DNA from: an uncultured Candidatus Saccharibacteria bacterium
GTDB lineage: Bacteria > Patescibacteriota > Minisyncoccia > Phycocordibacterales > PALSA-1337
Direction: 5' to 3'
Assembly: GCA_964468845.1 (NCBI GenBank)
Contig: CAYXWP010000002.1
Coordinates: 1 to 37,005, forward strand
DNA length: 37,005 nt
Shown here: positions 1 through 9,946 of the stretch, piece by piece
How positions within the stretch are numbered: position 1 is the stretch's first letter
How the letters are laid out: each line of letters opens with the position of its first letter
Program-made: the position numbers and the translations under genes
Notes under the pieces: model-generated
Database searches by the model: none
What the model saw: only the letters and a program-made list of their open reading frames with translations
Told to the model about the DNA's origin: nothing

Positions 1-395
1 GGAATCGTTGTATTTATCTCGACAAGTCTAGGGTCTATAGTTCTAAGTATTAAATATGAAGACAAAACCATGAGTAAACCGATAAGGGCATTATATATCC
101 TCTCTTTTCCTGCTAGTTTTGCTGGGATTGCTTCACTCAACATGATTTCAAAACCGCCGTAGATTATCATTATTACTGCCAGGAAGGCTGAGATTGCTAT
201 GGCAAATTTGAAAACATAACCAAGATAATCTTCGAATGGCATTTCTTTTACAACGCGTAGACCATTTTCAGTAACACAACCTGGGGTCCCCTCTATACAA
301 GGTAATGGTTCAAGTAACTTGTATTTATCTTGTGCTTTTGTCGCAAGTGGTACCAAAAGTATCGCCATAAAGATGTATAATAATATTTTTTTCAT
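1..395 (-). CDS. T4SS pilin-like small membrane protein (TrbC/VirB2-like); 3' end runs off the window
   Basis: Hand translation from the ATG at 395-393 gives MKKILLYIFMAILLVPLATKAQDKYKLLEPLPCIEGTPGCVTENG...FKFAIAISAFLAVIMIIYGGFEIM...LIGLLMVLSSYLILRTIDPRL. It has a signal peptide, a Cys pair and two hydrophobic helices. It starts 2 nt after the upstream gene's stop. It is absent from the ORF track because no stop lies inside the window. Confidence 0.6.
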   Translation of the reverse strand, partial: MKKILLYIFMAILLVPLATKAQDKYKLLEPLPCIEGTPGCVTENGLRVVKEMPFEDYLGYVFKFAIAISAFLAVIMIIYGGFEIMLSEAIPAKLAGKERIYNALIGLLMVLSSYLILRTIDPRLVEINTTI

Positions 396-397
396 GT

Positions 398-1414
398 TTA
401 GAATGTTACATTATTTTGTTCCACTAACCCCTTTTTAAAGTTTATTTTCAATGAAGCTCGTGCACCTTGCAATATTTCATTTTCGTTTCTGATATCAACA
501 TCAATACTAGAACTTCCATCAGTATCCCCTTTTGTTCTAAGGGTGATGCTTTGGTTTTTTATTAAATCAGGTTGCTCTACATTATTTATAGACCAATTAT
601 AATTAAGTGGGCTTGTTCTCGAGTTAAAATTAAAACCAAATGGAACAGCAAAAATGCTTATCTCAGAATTACTTAACGTCACAGCCCTCACTAACGCCTT
701 GTTGAATAATATTCCATATAAAGAACTCATCTCGTAAAATTCTACTGACGGCTCAGAGGGATTGATGCTTAGACGTCCCGTAGCGCCCTCTGTTTGGTCA
801 CGATTATATACTTCAACAGAAATTTCAAGAGGTTTTGGTATGATATCAGCCTTTATGCTAACACTTTGCTTGCCATACCCAATTCCCCCATCGATATATT
901 TACCATCCATTCTCCATTTATATATCAAATCACTCGATTTTATTTCATTGACTCCGTTCGTTGAAAGATGAGGGATCGCTACTAGCTTAATTTCATTTTG
1001 ATAAGTAAAAGAATTTCTTCCTTTGAAAAAAGGAGGAGTATAACCCTTGCTTTCCCAAACTATTTCTACTGATCCGGACTTGATTGTGGTGGTTTTTCTA
1101 GTTTCTTTGCCATCGCTTGATTTAACAATGGCTGTTACTTTTACAAATCCTCCAGTTTTTGGAGATGTGATGTGGATTTCTTTTAGTCCTACCCCACTCC
1201 CAATTGTCTTGCCATCGGCTTGCCAAACTATAGAAGAAGAATCCAAATCAACTAGGAAGCTCTCAATTGATACAGTAACGTCAACACCCTGAGCAGGCAT
1301 CTCTGGATTGGTCGTCATATTAATTCCATCTATTGAAGTCTGTACTTGAGCGTTAGAAAAAGAGAATGAAAGAAAAAATGTAATTAAGAAAATTGATATT
1401 AAGACTTTTTTCAT
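398..1414 (-). CDS. Secreted beta-rich protein with three internal repeats; function unknown
   Basis: 338-aa ORF with N-terminal signal peptide MKKVLISIFLITFFLSFSFSNAQ. It has three roughly 90-aa modules, each with a W-containing strand (IVWQADGK / IYKWRMDGK / NYNWSINN). It is packed inside the T4SS-like operon. Confidence 0.6.
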   Translation of the reverse strand: MKKVLISIFLITFFLSFSFSNAQVQTSIDGINMTTNPEMPAQGVDVTVSIESFLVDLDSSSIVWQADGKTIGSGVGLKEIHITSPKTGGFVKVTAIVKSSDGKETRKTTTIKSGSVEIVWESKGYTPPFFKGRNSFTYQNEIKLVAIPHLSTNGVNEIKSSDLIYKWRMDGKYIDGGIGYGKQSVSIKADIIPKPLEISVEVYNRDQTEGATGRLSINPSEPSVEFYEMSSLYGILFNKALVRAVTLSNSEISIFAVPFGFNFNSRTSPLNYNWSINNVEQPDLIKNQSITLRTKGDTDGSSSIDVDIRNENEILQGARASLKINFKKGLVEQNNVTF

Positions 1415-1466
1415 TTACTTTATTTTAACATACTTAAGCAATATATATGTGCGGACATTTCCCCAC

Positions 1467-1916
1467 TTATGCAGCCATGTCCAGTTCCTCCTCAGTATTA
1501 TCTTGCATAGGTATTGTTTTTCTTGGTGGTCTAACTCCTGCTTTGCCATTAAAAGGGTTTCTTTGAAGTCTTGGCGGTGTTATACCTTTTGACATAGGTT
1601 TTAATAGTGATAATCCAGTTTTATCCTCAGCACGGATTATAAAAAGAATAGCTATTATTCCACCCATAAGTATCGGAAATTCTTGGATACCAGGGATCAT
1701 CTCTCCTACGAAAGATATCGCAGTCGTTGCTAGCTTACTTCCTGCTAGTATTTTCACTCCCTTTATCCATAAGTAGATAGTTGTAATTATCCAGAATATG
1801 GGGCTAACAGCATCACCAACAAAAGGTATAAGTGAAAGAGCATCACAAACAGTTGCAAAAATTATTAGGACAACCGACATACCCATACTTATTCTGTATT
1901 GCGTTTTTCCTTCCAT
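1467..1916 (-). CDS. Small polytopic membrane protein; function unknown
   Basis: 149-aa ORF with 3-4 hydrophobic helices and a basic/Pro-rich tail. It starts 6 nt after the virB4 stop. Confidence 0.55.
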   Translation of the reverse strand: MEGKTQYRISMGMSVVLIIFATVCDALSLIPFVGDAVSPIFWIITTIYLWIKGVKILAGSKLATTAISFVGEMIPGIQEFPILMGGIIAILFIIRAEDKTGLSLLKPMSKGITPPRLQRNPFNGKAGVRPPRKTIPMQDNTEEELDMAA

Positions 1917-1921
1917 AGCTA

Positions 1922-3754
1922 TTATTGTACACCACCTCCCCCTTGTTGTGATGCGTCTAGATCCATTTTTGCTTGTTTGATGGCAAGTACCTGCGCAGGA
2001 TTTGTTGTAATTATTTGGTCTTCCGTATATGAAGCGACCACCTTTAGAGCAACGTGTTTTAATCCTACGAAGAATATACCCTCACCAACATCCGATTCAA
2101 GTAATAGGTATTTTTCTTCATCAGTAAGGTTAAACGTTCTTTGAACATTATCGATAGATGATGGAGATTGTTTAAGAAGTATTTGAATAGAAGAGTTTGT
2201 AATAATCGGCAAACCATAAGGAGATTTTAGGAAGTCATCAACGTCCTGAGTGATAGTTGCAAGACCAAGATAGTATTTTCTTCCTCTTTTCGCCAAGCCA
2301 AGTAGGAATGAGGCTGTATCTTCTGATTTCATCATCCACCACGCCTCATCAATTACCAATAGACGCTTCTTTAGATTTTTTCTAATAGCGTTCCATATAT
2401 AATGTGTAACGATATACATTGCTACTGGTTTCAGCTCATCTTCCATATCTCGTAGTGAGAAAACAACAAATTTTTTGTTGATATCTACGTTTGAAGGGCG
2501 ATTTATAAAACCAGACCATGTTCCTTTTGTATATTTTGTAAGTCTTTCTACTAGTGATTCCGCACCTTCCATTCCAGCGAGCACCAGCTCAAAGTCCGAA
2601 AGTAGGGGTGGCTCAACATTTCTAAAATCAGATTCAGGCGAAATATCCTTTAAAGCATATGTTTCAGTAATTGCTCGGTCGATGATTGCGTCTTCTTCTT
2701 GAGATAGTCCTCCAAGCATGATTCGGAAGAGACCGACAAGGTTAATGATGTTTGATCGCAATATATCAGCGGCAGACTCATCTTCACGTGGTACAGGAAG
2801 ATCAAAGGGGTTAATGTGGTGTTCAGAGTTTAGAGAAATATTAAAGTACTTACCCCCCGTCGCCTCTGCCATGTACTCGTATTCCTTTTCTGGATCGATA
2901 ACTATAACCTCAGTATCAAACATAAGTGTTCGAAGTATTTCCAGTTTTGTACAGTAGGATTTTCCAGATCCAGCCTTGGCAAAAGTCACAGAGTTATAGT
3001 TTTCAAGTAGAAATCTATCAAAAAGAACCAAAGATGAATTGTGTCTGTTTATTCCATACAAAATTCCCTTGTCTGATGTGAGGTCAAATGAAACAAACGG
3101 GAAAAGACTAGAGAGTGGTGACGAGTTTAGCTTTGAATGAACCATTAATTGATCATCTCCAATTGGTAATACACTCTTATAACCACTTTCCTGTTGGAAT
3201 AGTGCAGGTTTTACATATACAAGCTTAGATTCAAGTATTGATTTTAATTCAGATTCCATTTTATCTAGCTCTGCAGTATTATCCCCGAAGATAGTCATAT
3301 ACACTCCAACATCAAAAAGTTTTTCCTGTGCCTGCATAAGATTATTTCTCAAGGCCTCAAGGTCTTGGTAAGCAGTATCCAACATTGGATCACGTACCAA
3401 TCCCTTATCTTCCCTCGTTGATATTTGAGCCTGAACCTCAGCCACCTTTTTTTGGAAATGTCTAAGGATTTTTGCTGTATCTATAGGGTGAATGAAGATT
3501 GAAATATTAAAAATTTTATCTAGGTTTATGATAGGGGCGAACCAGCTTTCTGTAAGAAAACGAGGATATGATATAACAAAGAAAGTTCTCGCAACTTTTT
3601 CACCTAGATTTATCTCTTTCGGAGTAATTTTCAAAGCAGAAGGCGCAATAACGTCTTTTAGCTCTAACACACCTGCCTCATATATCTCTTGTGGCATTAG
3701 AGATACTATTGGTGATTGTTCTTTTTTCCCAAATAATTTTGAAAATATACTCAT
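1922..3754 (-). CDS. virB4: VirB4/TrbE/TraC-type type IV secretion ATPase
   Basis: 610 aa. Walker A is FAKAGSGKSY and Walker B is LLVIDEAWWMM. The length and N-terminal domain are typical of Gram-positive-style VirB4. Confidence 0.9.
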   Translation of the reverse strand: MSIFSKLFGKKEQSPIVSLMPQEIYEAGVLELKDVIAPSALKITPKEINLGEKVARTFFVISYPRFLTESWFAPIINLDKIFNISIFIHPIDTAKILRHFQKKVAEVQAQISTREDKGLVRDPMLDTAYQDLEALRNNLMQAQEKLFDVGVYMTIFGDNTAELDKMESELKSILESKLVYVKPALFQQESGYKSVLPIGDDQLMVHSKLNSSPLSSLFPFVSFDLTSDKGILYGINRHNSSLVLFDRFLLENYNSVTFAKAGSGKSYCTKLEILRTLMFDTEVIVIDPEKEYEYMAEATGGKYFNISLNSEHHINPFDLPVPREDESAADILRSNIINLVGLFRIMLGGLSQEEDAIIDRAITETYALKDISPESDFRNVEPPLLSDFELVLAGMEGAESLVERLTKYTKGTWSGFINRPSNVDINKKFVVFSLRDMEDELKPVAMYIVTHYIWNAIRKNLKKRLLVIDEAWWMMKSEDTASFLLGLAKRGRKYYLGLATITQDVDDFLKSPYGLPIITNSSIQILLKQSPSSIDNVQRTFNLTDEEKYLLLESDVGEGIFFVGLKHVALKVVASYTEDQIITTNPAQVLAIKQAKMDLDASQQGGGGVQ

Positions 3755-3770
3755 TTTTTTAATTGATTTA

Positions 3771-4403
3771 CTAGTTTATCTGTATGGGCTTCTCCGTTTC
3801 CCCAGGATTAAATATCTTATAATATAATTCTACCACCTCTTCTGTTCCAAGCTCAGCCACACGTATTCCACAACGGACAAGTCCTTGTTCTACTACACCC
3901 GTTCTCTGTTCAAGTTGGCTTCGGTATTCTTCGAATTGTTCATTCGCGAGAATCTTTTCTTCTCCTTCTTTTCTCATAAATTTACTAATAGGATTTTTTG
4001 AAGTTGTAATTGTAGGAGGACTGTAAGGTATGACGATAAAGAAACTTTTTGTCATAATGCTCGAGTTTTCGACAAAGGTTTTTATGAATTCAATATATTC
4101 TCTCGTCTGAATTTTCATTAATTCTGTTGCTTGCTCCTTGTACCTCCCTTCTAGCAGGGCGATATATGGCCTTATATCTAGTCTTTTTGATTGAATAAAA
4201 ATTTGAACAGAAAAATCTATTGAGTTGAGAAAATTTTGAAATTGAGAAATGATAGCCGCCTGCTCATCTCCTGATTTCAATGCAAAGTTCAGAGATGATG
4301 CCAAGACAATTGCTCTCATAGATCCATCCTTTAGAACTACAATACCGTCTCGTATTTCTTGTATTGGAACAAAATCTTGTGTTGTTTTTGTTGCTTGAGC
4401 CAT
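3771..4403 (-). CDS. Hypothetical protein resembling a stand-alone VirB4 N-terminal domain
   Basis: 210-aa ORF. The N-terminal pattern IQEIRDGIVVLKDGSMRAIVLASSLNFALKSGDEQAAIISQFQNFLNS looks like the start of Gram-positive VirB4 homologues. It has no Walker motifs. Confidence 0.5.
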   Translation of the reverse strand: MAQATKTTQDFVPIQEIRDGIVVLKDGSMRAIVLASSLNFALKSGDEQAAIISQFQNFLNSIDFSVQIFIQSKRLDIRPYIALLEGRYKEQATELMKIQTREYIEFIKTFVENSSIMTKSFFIVIPYSPPTITTSKNPISKFMRKEGEEKILANEQFEEYRSQLEQRTGVVEQGLVRCGIRVAELGTEEVVELYYKIFNPGETEKPIQIN

Positions 4404-4405
4404 AT

Positions 4406-4834
4406 TTATTTTTGATTTTTATCGCTATATATACTCTCTTTTATGTCTAGACTCCAAGTTAAATCTTTTAATTTGCTATCTGAAATCTTTGGAACCATTA
4501 CTGATGCATATTGTTTTGCCTCCTGAACTGGGTTGTCTGATGGTTTTCTGTCTACTTTTTTCAATATATACAGTTTTGCTGAGGTTGCATATTTGAAAGC
4601 CCACTCTACAACGCTTATAAACGGGAAACGTTTATATAGTCTTCCCCATGCAAGCGCAATGGAAAATGACATTATTATAAGTATCGGTATTGCAGCATAA
4701 ATTAGAGATGGAAGAAGTTGATAGACCAAGAAAGACAAGCCAGCTCCTCCAGCGAGATAAATGAACTGTTTCAAAGTTAGTTGACCAAAGATTTTGTCCT
4801 CAACTTCGATGAATTGTGGAACTTGGTATTGCAT
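4406..4834 (-). CDS. PrgI-family (VirB3-like) membrane protein
   Basis: 142 aa. The N-terminus YQVPQFIEVEDKIFGQLTLKQFIYL is followed by two TM helices, which is the characteristic PrgI signature. It is adjacent to virB4. Confidence 0.65.
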   Translation of the reverse strand: MQYQVPQFIEVEDKIFGQLTLKQFIYLAGGAGLSFLVYQLLPSLIYAAIPILIIMSFSIALAWGRLYKRFPFISVVEWAFKYATSAKLYILKKVDRKPSDNPVQEAKQYASVMVPKISDSKLKDLTWSLDIKESIYSDKNQK

Positions 4835-4858
4835 TCTTTTATTTTATCACACTTCTTA

Positions 4859-5554
4859 CTATATCGACTCCCTATAAGGATCCGTGCCGTAAACTTTTTT
4901 CTCTTCAAGCTTTGCGGTTTCAACTTTTCTGACCTCTGTTACCTGCGGACTGCTTACTGGAGTTGTAAGTAGGTGGTCGACAAGTGGGATTGGAGCGTCA
5001 GACGAGACAGATTGAGCAACTACCGTCGGAGGATCCTCAATTCCTTTCAATAGTTCATCTCTATTTATGTTTTCTTCTTTATATTGAGGAGATGATGATT
5101 GGGGTTCTGTGTTTTCAATTTTGAAATCGCCCGCTTTTTCTACGGAGGAGATCATTTGGTTTAATTGGGCGGGGGTTGGAGCAGATGAAGCAGTGGCTAC
5201 GGGTGTGATCGTTCCTTGGGCATTTGCTTCTTGTTCGTCTTGTGTTTGGATCTTTCTTAAAGAGTCACGAATACTATCTAAAATTTCAGTGTTTACATCC
5301 TTAGCGATTTCTATGGCTTGGTTTCGAGATATTTCCAAAGCTTTTTTTACATTATCAATATAATCATCGGTTGTTTCTAGTCCAAGCATAACTAAAATAG
5401 TTTCAGTTTGTAATGCTCCGTTTTGATCGATATGTAGACCATGCTTGTTTGCTATCAATTCAAATTTTGGAGCAAGGTCGGTATTAGTAATTGCCTGCTG
5501 AATATTGGCTGGCAGTTCCTTGTACCTATCTTTAATTATTTGTTGGATATCCAT
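4859..5554 (-). CDS. Hypothetical acidic soluble protein
   Basis: 231-aa ORF in the operon with no TM segment. The C-terminal half is low-complexity and rich in S, P and T. Confidence 0.55.
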   Translation of the reverse strand: MDIQQIIKDRYKELPANIQQAITNTDLAPKFELIANKHGLHIDQNGALQTETILVMLGLETTDDYIDNVKKALEISRNQAIEIAKDVNTEILDSIRDSLRKIQTQDEQEANAQGTITPVATASSAPTPAQLNQMISSVEKAGDFKIENTEPQSSSPQYKEENINRDELLKGIEDPPTVVAQSVSSDAPIPLVDHLLTTPVSSPQVTEVRKVETAKLEEKKVYGTDPYRESI

Positions 5555-5562
5555 GGTGTTTT

Positions 5563-7389
5563 TTATGGTTTAGGTTTCTCTTCTTTTGGCTTGTCTTTAT
5601 CAGGTGATTCTTCTTTGTCTGCATCCTTCTTCATTTTTTGAAGCATTTCTAGAAGTTTCTTTTCTTCTGATTTATTTGCCTCTTTTCTAAATGATTCCGC
5701 TGCCTCTTTTCTTGCTTTGTTTGTAAAGAATCCTAATTTTGTTTGTTTTTCAAGATTTTCTGCATATTCTTCCTTCTTTTCTTTCAACATCTTTCCTTCA
5801 AGATACTTGTCCTTACTTCCTGCAGTCTCTGCGGCTTTTCTGGCTTTATCTTCTGATTGCAATTCTACTAATCTTCTTTTTGCTTTTGACCTCGCTTCAT
5901 CACTCATTGTTTTATTCTCAGCTAATTTTTCAGCTGCAGCTATATTTTTGTTAAGCGATTCAGTCTCATCATCCCAGGAACTTAATCCGCTAGTGATAGC
6001 CACTTGCTTCTCATTATCATTTAGTTTTATTCCTTTGTTTAAGAAGTCTTCTCGTGCCTTTGAATAGTCCTTAAACCTCTTATCATATCCACCCTTTGTC
6101 CCTCCAAATGTTGATGAAGCAACTTTTCCAAATGTTTTATTTGCCATTATTGCCAAATTAGGATTTTTTGCTGCCCATCCGCTTGATGCAACGGCACCCT
6201 GAAGATTTTTTGCATACCCACCAATTAGATGCTGTCCTGCGAAACTTGCAAAACTACCAACATTTTTTGGTGAATTGTATATCCTATCCTTCAACCCCTT
6301 TGTCATATTGTCTGCAAACTTTGTGCCTATTGCTCCGAATTTTATTGCTGCTATTAGTGGAGCATTTATAAATAGAATTGCAATTACGTATTGAATGATA
6401 ACTCCTGCCAATACCATTTTGGAATCGATGTTAGATAGTGAGCCTTCTTGTATAAATGACAGGAAGCCATCATCACTGATTATTTTAAGTGCAACATACA
6501 TTAGCAAGAGGTATATTGGCATAAACAAAAGCTGTTGAGTAAGGTATTTAAGCCATACATCAGACACCTCACTTTTTATTTTAGGGAAAATCATTCCAAC
6601 AAAGTATATTGGAGAGAAAGCCATTAATAACAGCAACATTCCAGTTCTTATAGAAAACGCTACAGCTGCAGCAAGGAAACTTATTGAGGCAAATAGCATA
6701 AGAACCACACCGCCGTAAATTGATATTATCATTGCTATCCATACTGTTCCCTCTCCTTTACTTCCAATATTTTTTATATCAGCTGTATCCGGATGATATA
6801 CTTTTTGGATTTTTAGGCTGGCCATGAATACATTTGATAAGCCACCGTCGTTAAACGAGCTTGCCCAACCTTTTGTTGGTTGTGATAATGCATCTGGAGC
6901 TATTGCCCTGTAAAACTGAAGAGATATAAGATTTGATCCATCAATTAAAACTTTTGTAAAGAACAAACTAAAATTTATTAGCAAACCAGCAATAATAATA
7001 TTCCCTACTAGTTTTTTTAAATTAGACCCTCCAATTCCGAGTATGGTTTCTATTGAGCTGTATAAAAGCATGAATATTATTAACATGCTTGAAATGTTTC
7101 TTATTACCACCCAAACACTTTTTATTGCTGGAGTACCATCGTAAATATCCCTAATATTCAAAGTGAGTTTAATTGAAAAGCTTAGTAATATTCCTGTTAA
7201 TGACAAGATAAAGCCAACAGCTGTTGTAATAATGTTCCCCATCCAAGCTGTAAATTCGGTTGCACATACACCAAAGTTGAAGGTAAAAAGACTACTACAC
7301 GCCGCCATTGCTGGCTGTGGAGTGAAAGCAACCCCTGCTACAGCCAGGATCATCACTATCAGAAAAATTGTAACAAGAATCTTTTTCAT
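5563..7389 (-). CDS. VirB6/TrbL-like polytopic membrane protein with a long K/E-rich C-terminal tail
   Basis: 608 aa with a signal/TM N-terminus, at least 6 hydrophobic helices, and a roughly 180-aa Lys/Glu-rich tail ending KDKPKEEKPKP. Its position and architecture match a T4SS channel subunit. Confidence 0.6.
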   Translation of the reverse strand: MKKILVTIFLIVMILAVAGVAFTPQPAMAACSSLFTFNFGVCATEFTAWMGNIITTAVGFILSLTGILLSFSIKLTLNIRDIYDGTPAIKSVWVVIRNISSMLIIFMLLYSSIETILGIGGSNLKKLVGNIIIAGLLINFSLFFTKVLIDGSNLISLQFYRAIAPDALSQPTKGWASSFNDGGLSNVFMASLKIQKVYHPDTADIKNIGSKGEGTVWIAMIISIYGGVVLMLFASISFLAAAVAFSIRTGMLLLLMAFSPIYFVGMIFPKIKSEVSDVWLKYLTQQLLFMPIYLLLMYVALKIISDDGFLSFIQEGSLSNIDSKMVLAGVIIQYVIAILFINAPLIAAIKFGAIGTKFADNMTKGLKDRIYNSPKNVGSFASFAGQHLIGGYAKNLQGAVASSGWAAKNPNLAIMANKTFGKVASSTFGGTKGGYDKRFKDYSKAREDFLNKGIKLNDNEKQVAITSGLSSWDDETESLNKNIAAAEKLAENKTMSDEARSKAKRRLVELQSEDKARKAAETAGSKDKYLEGKMLKEKKEEYAENLEKQTKLGFFTNKARKEAAESFRKEANKSEEKKLLEMLQKMKKDADKEESPDKDKPKEEKPKP

Positions 7390-7393
7390 TATT

Positions 7394-9043
7394 TTATGGG
7401 GTGGTTGTTGTGGCTGCGAGATTTCCTGGGAAAGCGATACACTGACTTAGGAAATTATTTGCTCTGGTTCTCAGGTCAATAGTTATTTCTTTATTATATC
7501 TTAATGCTCTCCAGTCTTCACTTGCATCTTTTAGTTCAATTGCTGTAATTTTTTGAGGCATATTTGTGGCAAGATTATTTAACTCTGTTAATGTCACAAG
7601 TCCTGTCATTGCTTGCTGTATTTGCACTAATTTATTATTTGTTTCTACTGCTTTTGTATAATCATCCTCAACTTTTGAATATATCCCCCGCAAACTCATA
7701 CTTTTGCCATAGTATGGGCTGTTTTTATAAACATAATAATTTTCATCTGGATAATCTATAAAATTAATATTTGGTGTGGTTACTGCATTGTATAGTTCAA
7801 CAACTCTTTGTTGTGCCACGTCAGTTTGATAGATTGTTAATGCTGTACTCGAGCCGCTCAACTTGTCGTTGTAGCATGCTGTTGAAGAAGCGAAGGTTTC
7901 CATCAGACCATTTATTAAATTAAATGACTTTTCTCTGTTTTCAAGATATGATTTTATATTTTTTATTGACGGTTCAATTAGTTTCTTTATTTCTGCTATC
8001 TGCGTCCTTAACATTGAGGATTCTTGCGCAACTAGGCTTGTTCTCATTTGAGTTATGTACGATGAGCCAGAAGAATCTCTTTGACTTGAACCAGCTAGGC
8101 CCGTACTACTGATGACCTTTGTAACAAGTGCAGCAAATAGTGCATTAACGATTTCACCCAACTCATCTGCAAGGTTTAGTTGATCTGTACCTGCGCCTAG
8201 ATGTTTGTCTAGCGATCCGGCAATTACAGATCCAGGAGTTTGAACCTCGCAAACTTTTTTGGTGATACCTTCTCCCGTGCTTGCGTCCCCACCCTCAACT
8301 GGCACCTCTTTACATTTCTTCCAAGACAAGAATCCTCTTCCTTGCCCTAGCTCATCCTTTTGCTCAGCTTTTTCTGAAGCAACTTGGAAAGACAAATCAC
8401 TCTCGGCTTGTAGGTATGCCCCGTAAACATTATTTTGAGGTTCGGTTGTAAGGGAAACAAAAGCTGGCCAACCACCCTGTTTGAAGTCCCCTGCTGTAAA
8501 ACCATTTATAGAAGCATTTTTGCCTGCATTAATACTATTTTTTATTATAGTGCTTAATGTACAAGCATATCTTTGTTGAACGCGTGGATGATATTTGAAT
8601 GAAAGAGCAATTTTTAAATCTATACTAAATGGCGAACAAAGCTGAGAAAGTATACCTCCTGTCAGAAACTTGCCCGTAGCTTGGTCTGCTATATCCAGGA
8701 AAAATGCTCCTGGGTTTTGAACGAATGATGGGGCACCGTTAAAGCCATTGTTTATCCACTCAACAATACTGTCGGTTATTCTCTGCACAACCATTTTTGC
8801 AAGTCCATTTGCTAGTGGGTCGAGAACCATTTCCTTGTAGTTTATGGAGAATGTGGAGACTTCATTTGCTACATTTGCAGCTGTGTCTACTGTGGTTTCA
8901 ACCAGATTTGTTGAGCTCAATGCTGTGTGTGGTGCGTCAACAACAGGTATTGCCTTTGCCTCCCGTGGAATCAAAAAATATGGAAGAATAATGGCAAGTA
9001 TTAATGTGGACGATATTATTTTTTTATAAAAAAGTGTTTTCAT
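7394..9043 (-). CDS. Secreted Cys-containing protein; function unknown
   Basis: 549-aa ORF with an N-terminal signal/anchor (LILAIILPYFLIPREAKA) and several spaced Cys residues. It starts 2 nt after the upstream stop. Confidence 0.6.
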   Translation of the reverse strand: MKTLFYKKIISSTLILAIILPYFLIPREAKAIPVVDAPHTALSSTNLVETTVDTAANVANEVSTFSINYKEMVLDPLANGLAKMVVQRITDSIVEWINNGFNGAPSFVQNPGAFFLDIADQATGKFLTGGILSQLCSPFSIDLKIALSFKYHPRVQQRYACTLSTIIKNSINAGKNASINGFTAGDFKQGGWPAFVSLTTEPQNNVYGAYLQAESDLSFQVASEKAEQKDELGQGRGFLSWKKCKEVPVEGGDASTGEGITKKVCEVQTPGSVIAGSLDKHLGAGTDQLNLADELGEIVNALFAALVTKVISSTGLAGSSQRDSSGSSYITQMRTSLVAQESSMLRTQIAEIKKLIEPSIKNIKSYLENREKSFNLINGLMETFASSTACYNDKLSGSSTALTIYQTDVAQQRVVELYNAVTTPNINFIDYPDENYYVYKNSPYYGKSMSLRGIYSKVEDDYTKAVETNNKLVQIQQAMTGLVTLTELNNLATNMPQKITAIELKDASEDWRALRYNKEITIDLRTRANNFLSQCIAFPGNLAATTTTP

Positions 9044-9044
9044 T

Positions 9045-9920
9045 TTATTTTGTAAATGTATAACCCCCTTCCGTCGGAATATAGGAAATATTTAATGATA
9101 ATAGATAATTTCTTATCCCCACCATGGCGATTTGAAGATTCTTGGCTGTATTTTGATACATGGATACAGCCTGGAGCCCTGATACTGGGTCTACCGCTGA
9201 TTTTTTAAATGATTCAACGATAAATAACGCTTCGTTGATAGCGTTGATTAGATCGAGGTGAAGTGGGCTAAGTGGTTCAGGAGAAGATAGCTTTAATAAA
9301 GAATTTATTATGTTTTTATAGCTGGTTGCTATCGGGTCAAGCTCCTTTAGTATGCTAGGGTCTTCCATGATTTGGGAATCTCTGACAATAACCCCCTCAT
9401 TTCTTGAGTTTGTTGCATTCTTCTTGAATATATTTCCAACATCATTACCGTATTGTTTTGTAGCCGTTGTATCATCAACTAAACTTATTTTAATTTGGTC
9501 AATTGTATATGCTTTCGGTGATGTAAAAGTCATACTGCCAATAGTCTTCTCAACCAATTCCTGCTGGCTCAGAGGATCTTTTGCAGAACCCATCTGTCGT
9601 AGTTCCATGTATTGAGCAAAGAACTGTCTACTTACAATATCAATTGGCTCAAGCACTTCTTTTTTCTTTGTTAAATCTGTGATTGAACTTGATGTAGAAA
9701 GGTCGTTTGCTAGTAGTACTTTTTTCCAGTCGGTATTGTTTTCAAATTGTTGTAAAGTAGGACTTGTCGATGCACTAACCGCTACATCTGCCTTTGTATA
9801 GACAACTTGCGCATCTTTGTTTCTGTATTCAGCAAATAGGAAAGCACCACCCACGAGGATGATTGCTATTAGAATCATGAATACATTTATTGTACTTGGT
9901 TTTTTAATTGAATACTTCAC
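9045..9920 (-). CDS. N-terminally anchored membrane protein (first gene of the T4SS-like operon)
   Basis: 291-aa ORF with a GTG start and a single TM (VFMILIAIILVGGAFLF). The bitopic topology is like VirB8/TcpC-type subunits, but this is topology only and no motif was seen. Confidence 0.55.
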   Translation of the reverse strand: MKYSIKKPSTINVFMILIAIILVGGAFLFAEYRNKDAQVVYTKADVAVSASTSPTLQQFENNTDWKKVLLANDLSTSSSITDLTKKKEVLEPIDIVSRQFFAQYMELRQMGSAKDPLSQQELVEKTIGSMTFTSPKAYTIDQIKISLVDDTTATKQYGNDVGNIFKKNATNSRNEGVIVRDSQIMEDPSILKELDPIATSYKNIINSLLKLSSPEPLSPLHLDLINAINEALFIVESFKKSAVDPVSGLQAVSMYQNTAKNLQIAMVGIRNYLLSLNISYIPTEGGYTFTK

Positions 9921-9946
9921 AGGGCAGTATTTAAAATACCTATGAA

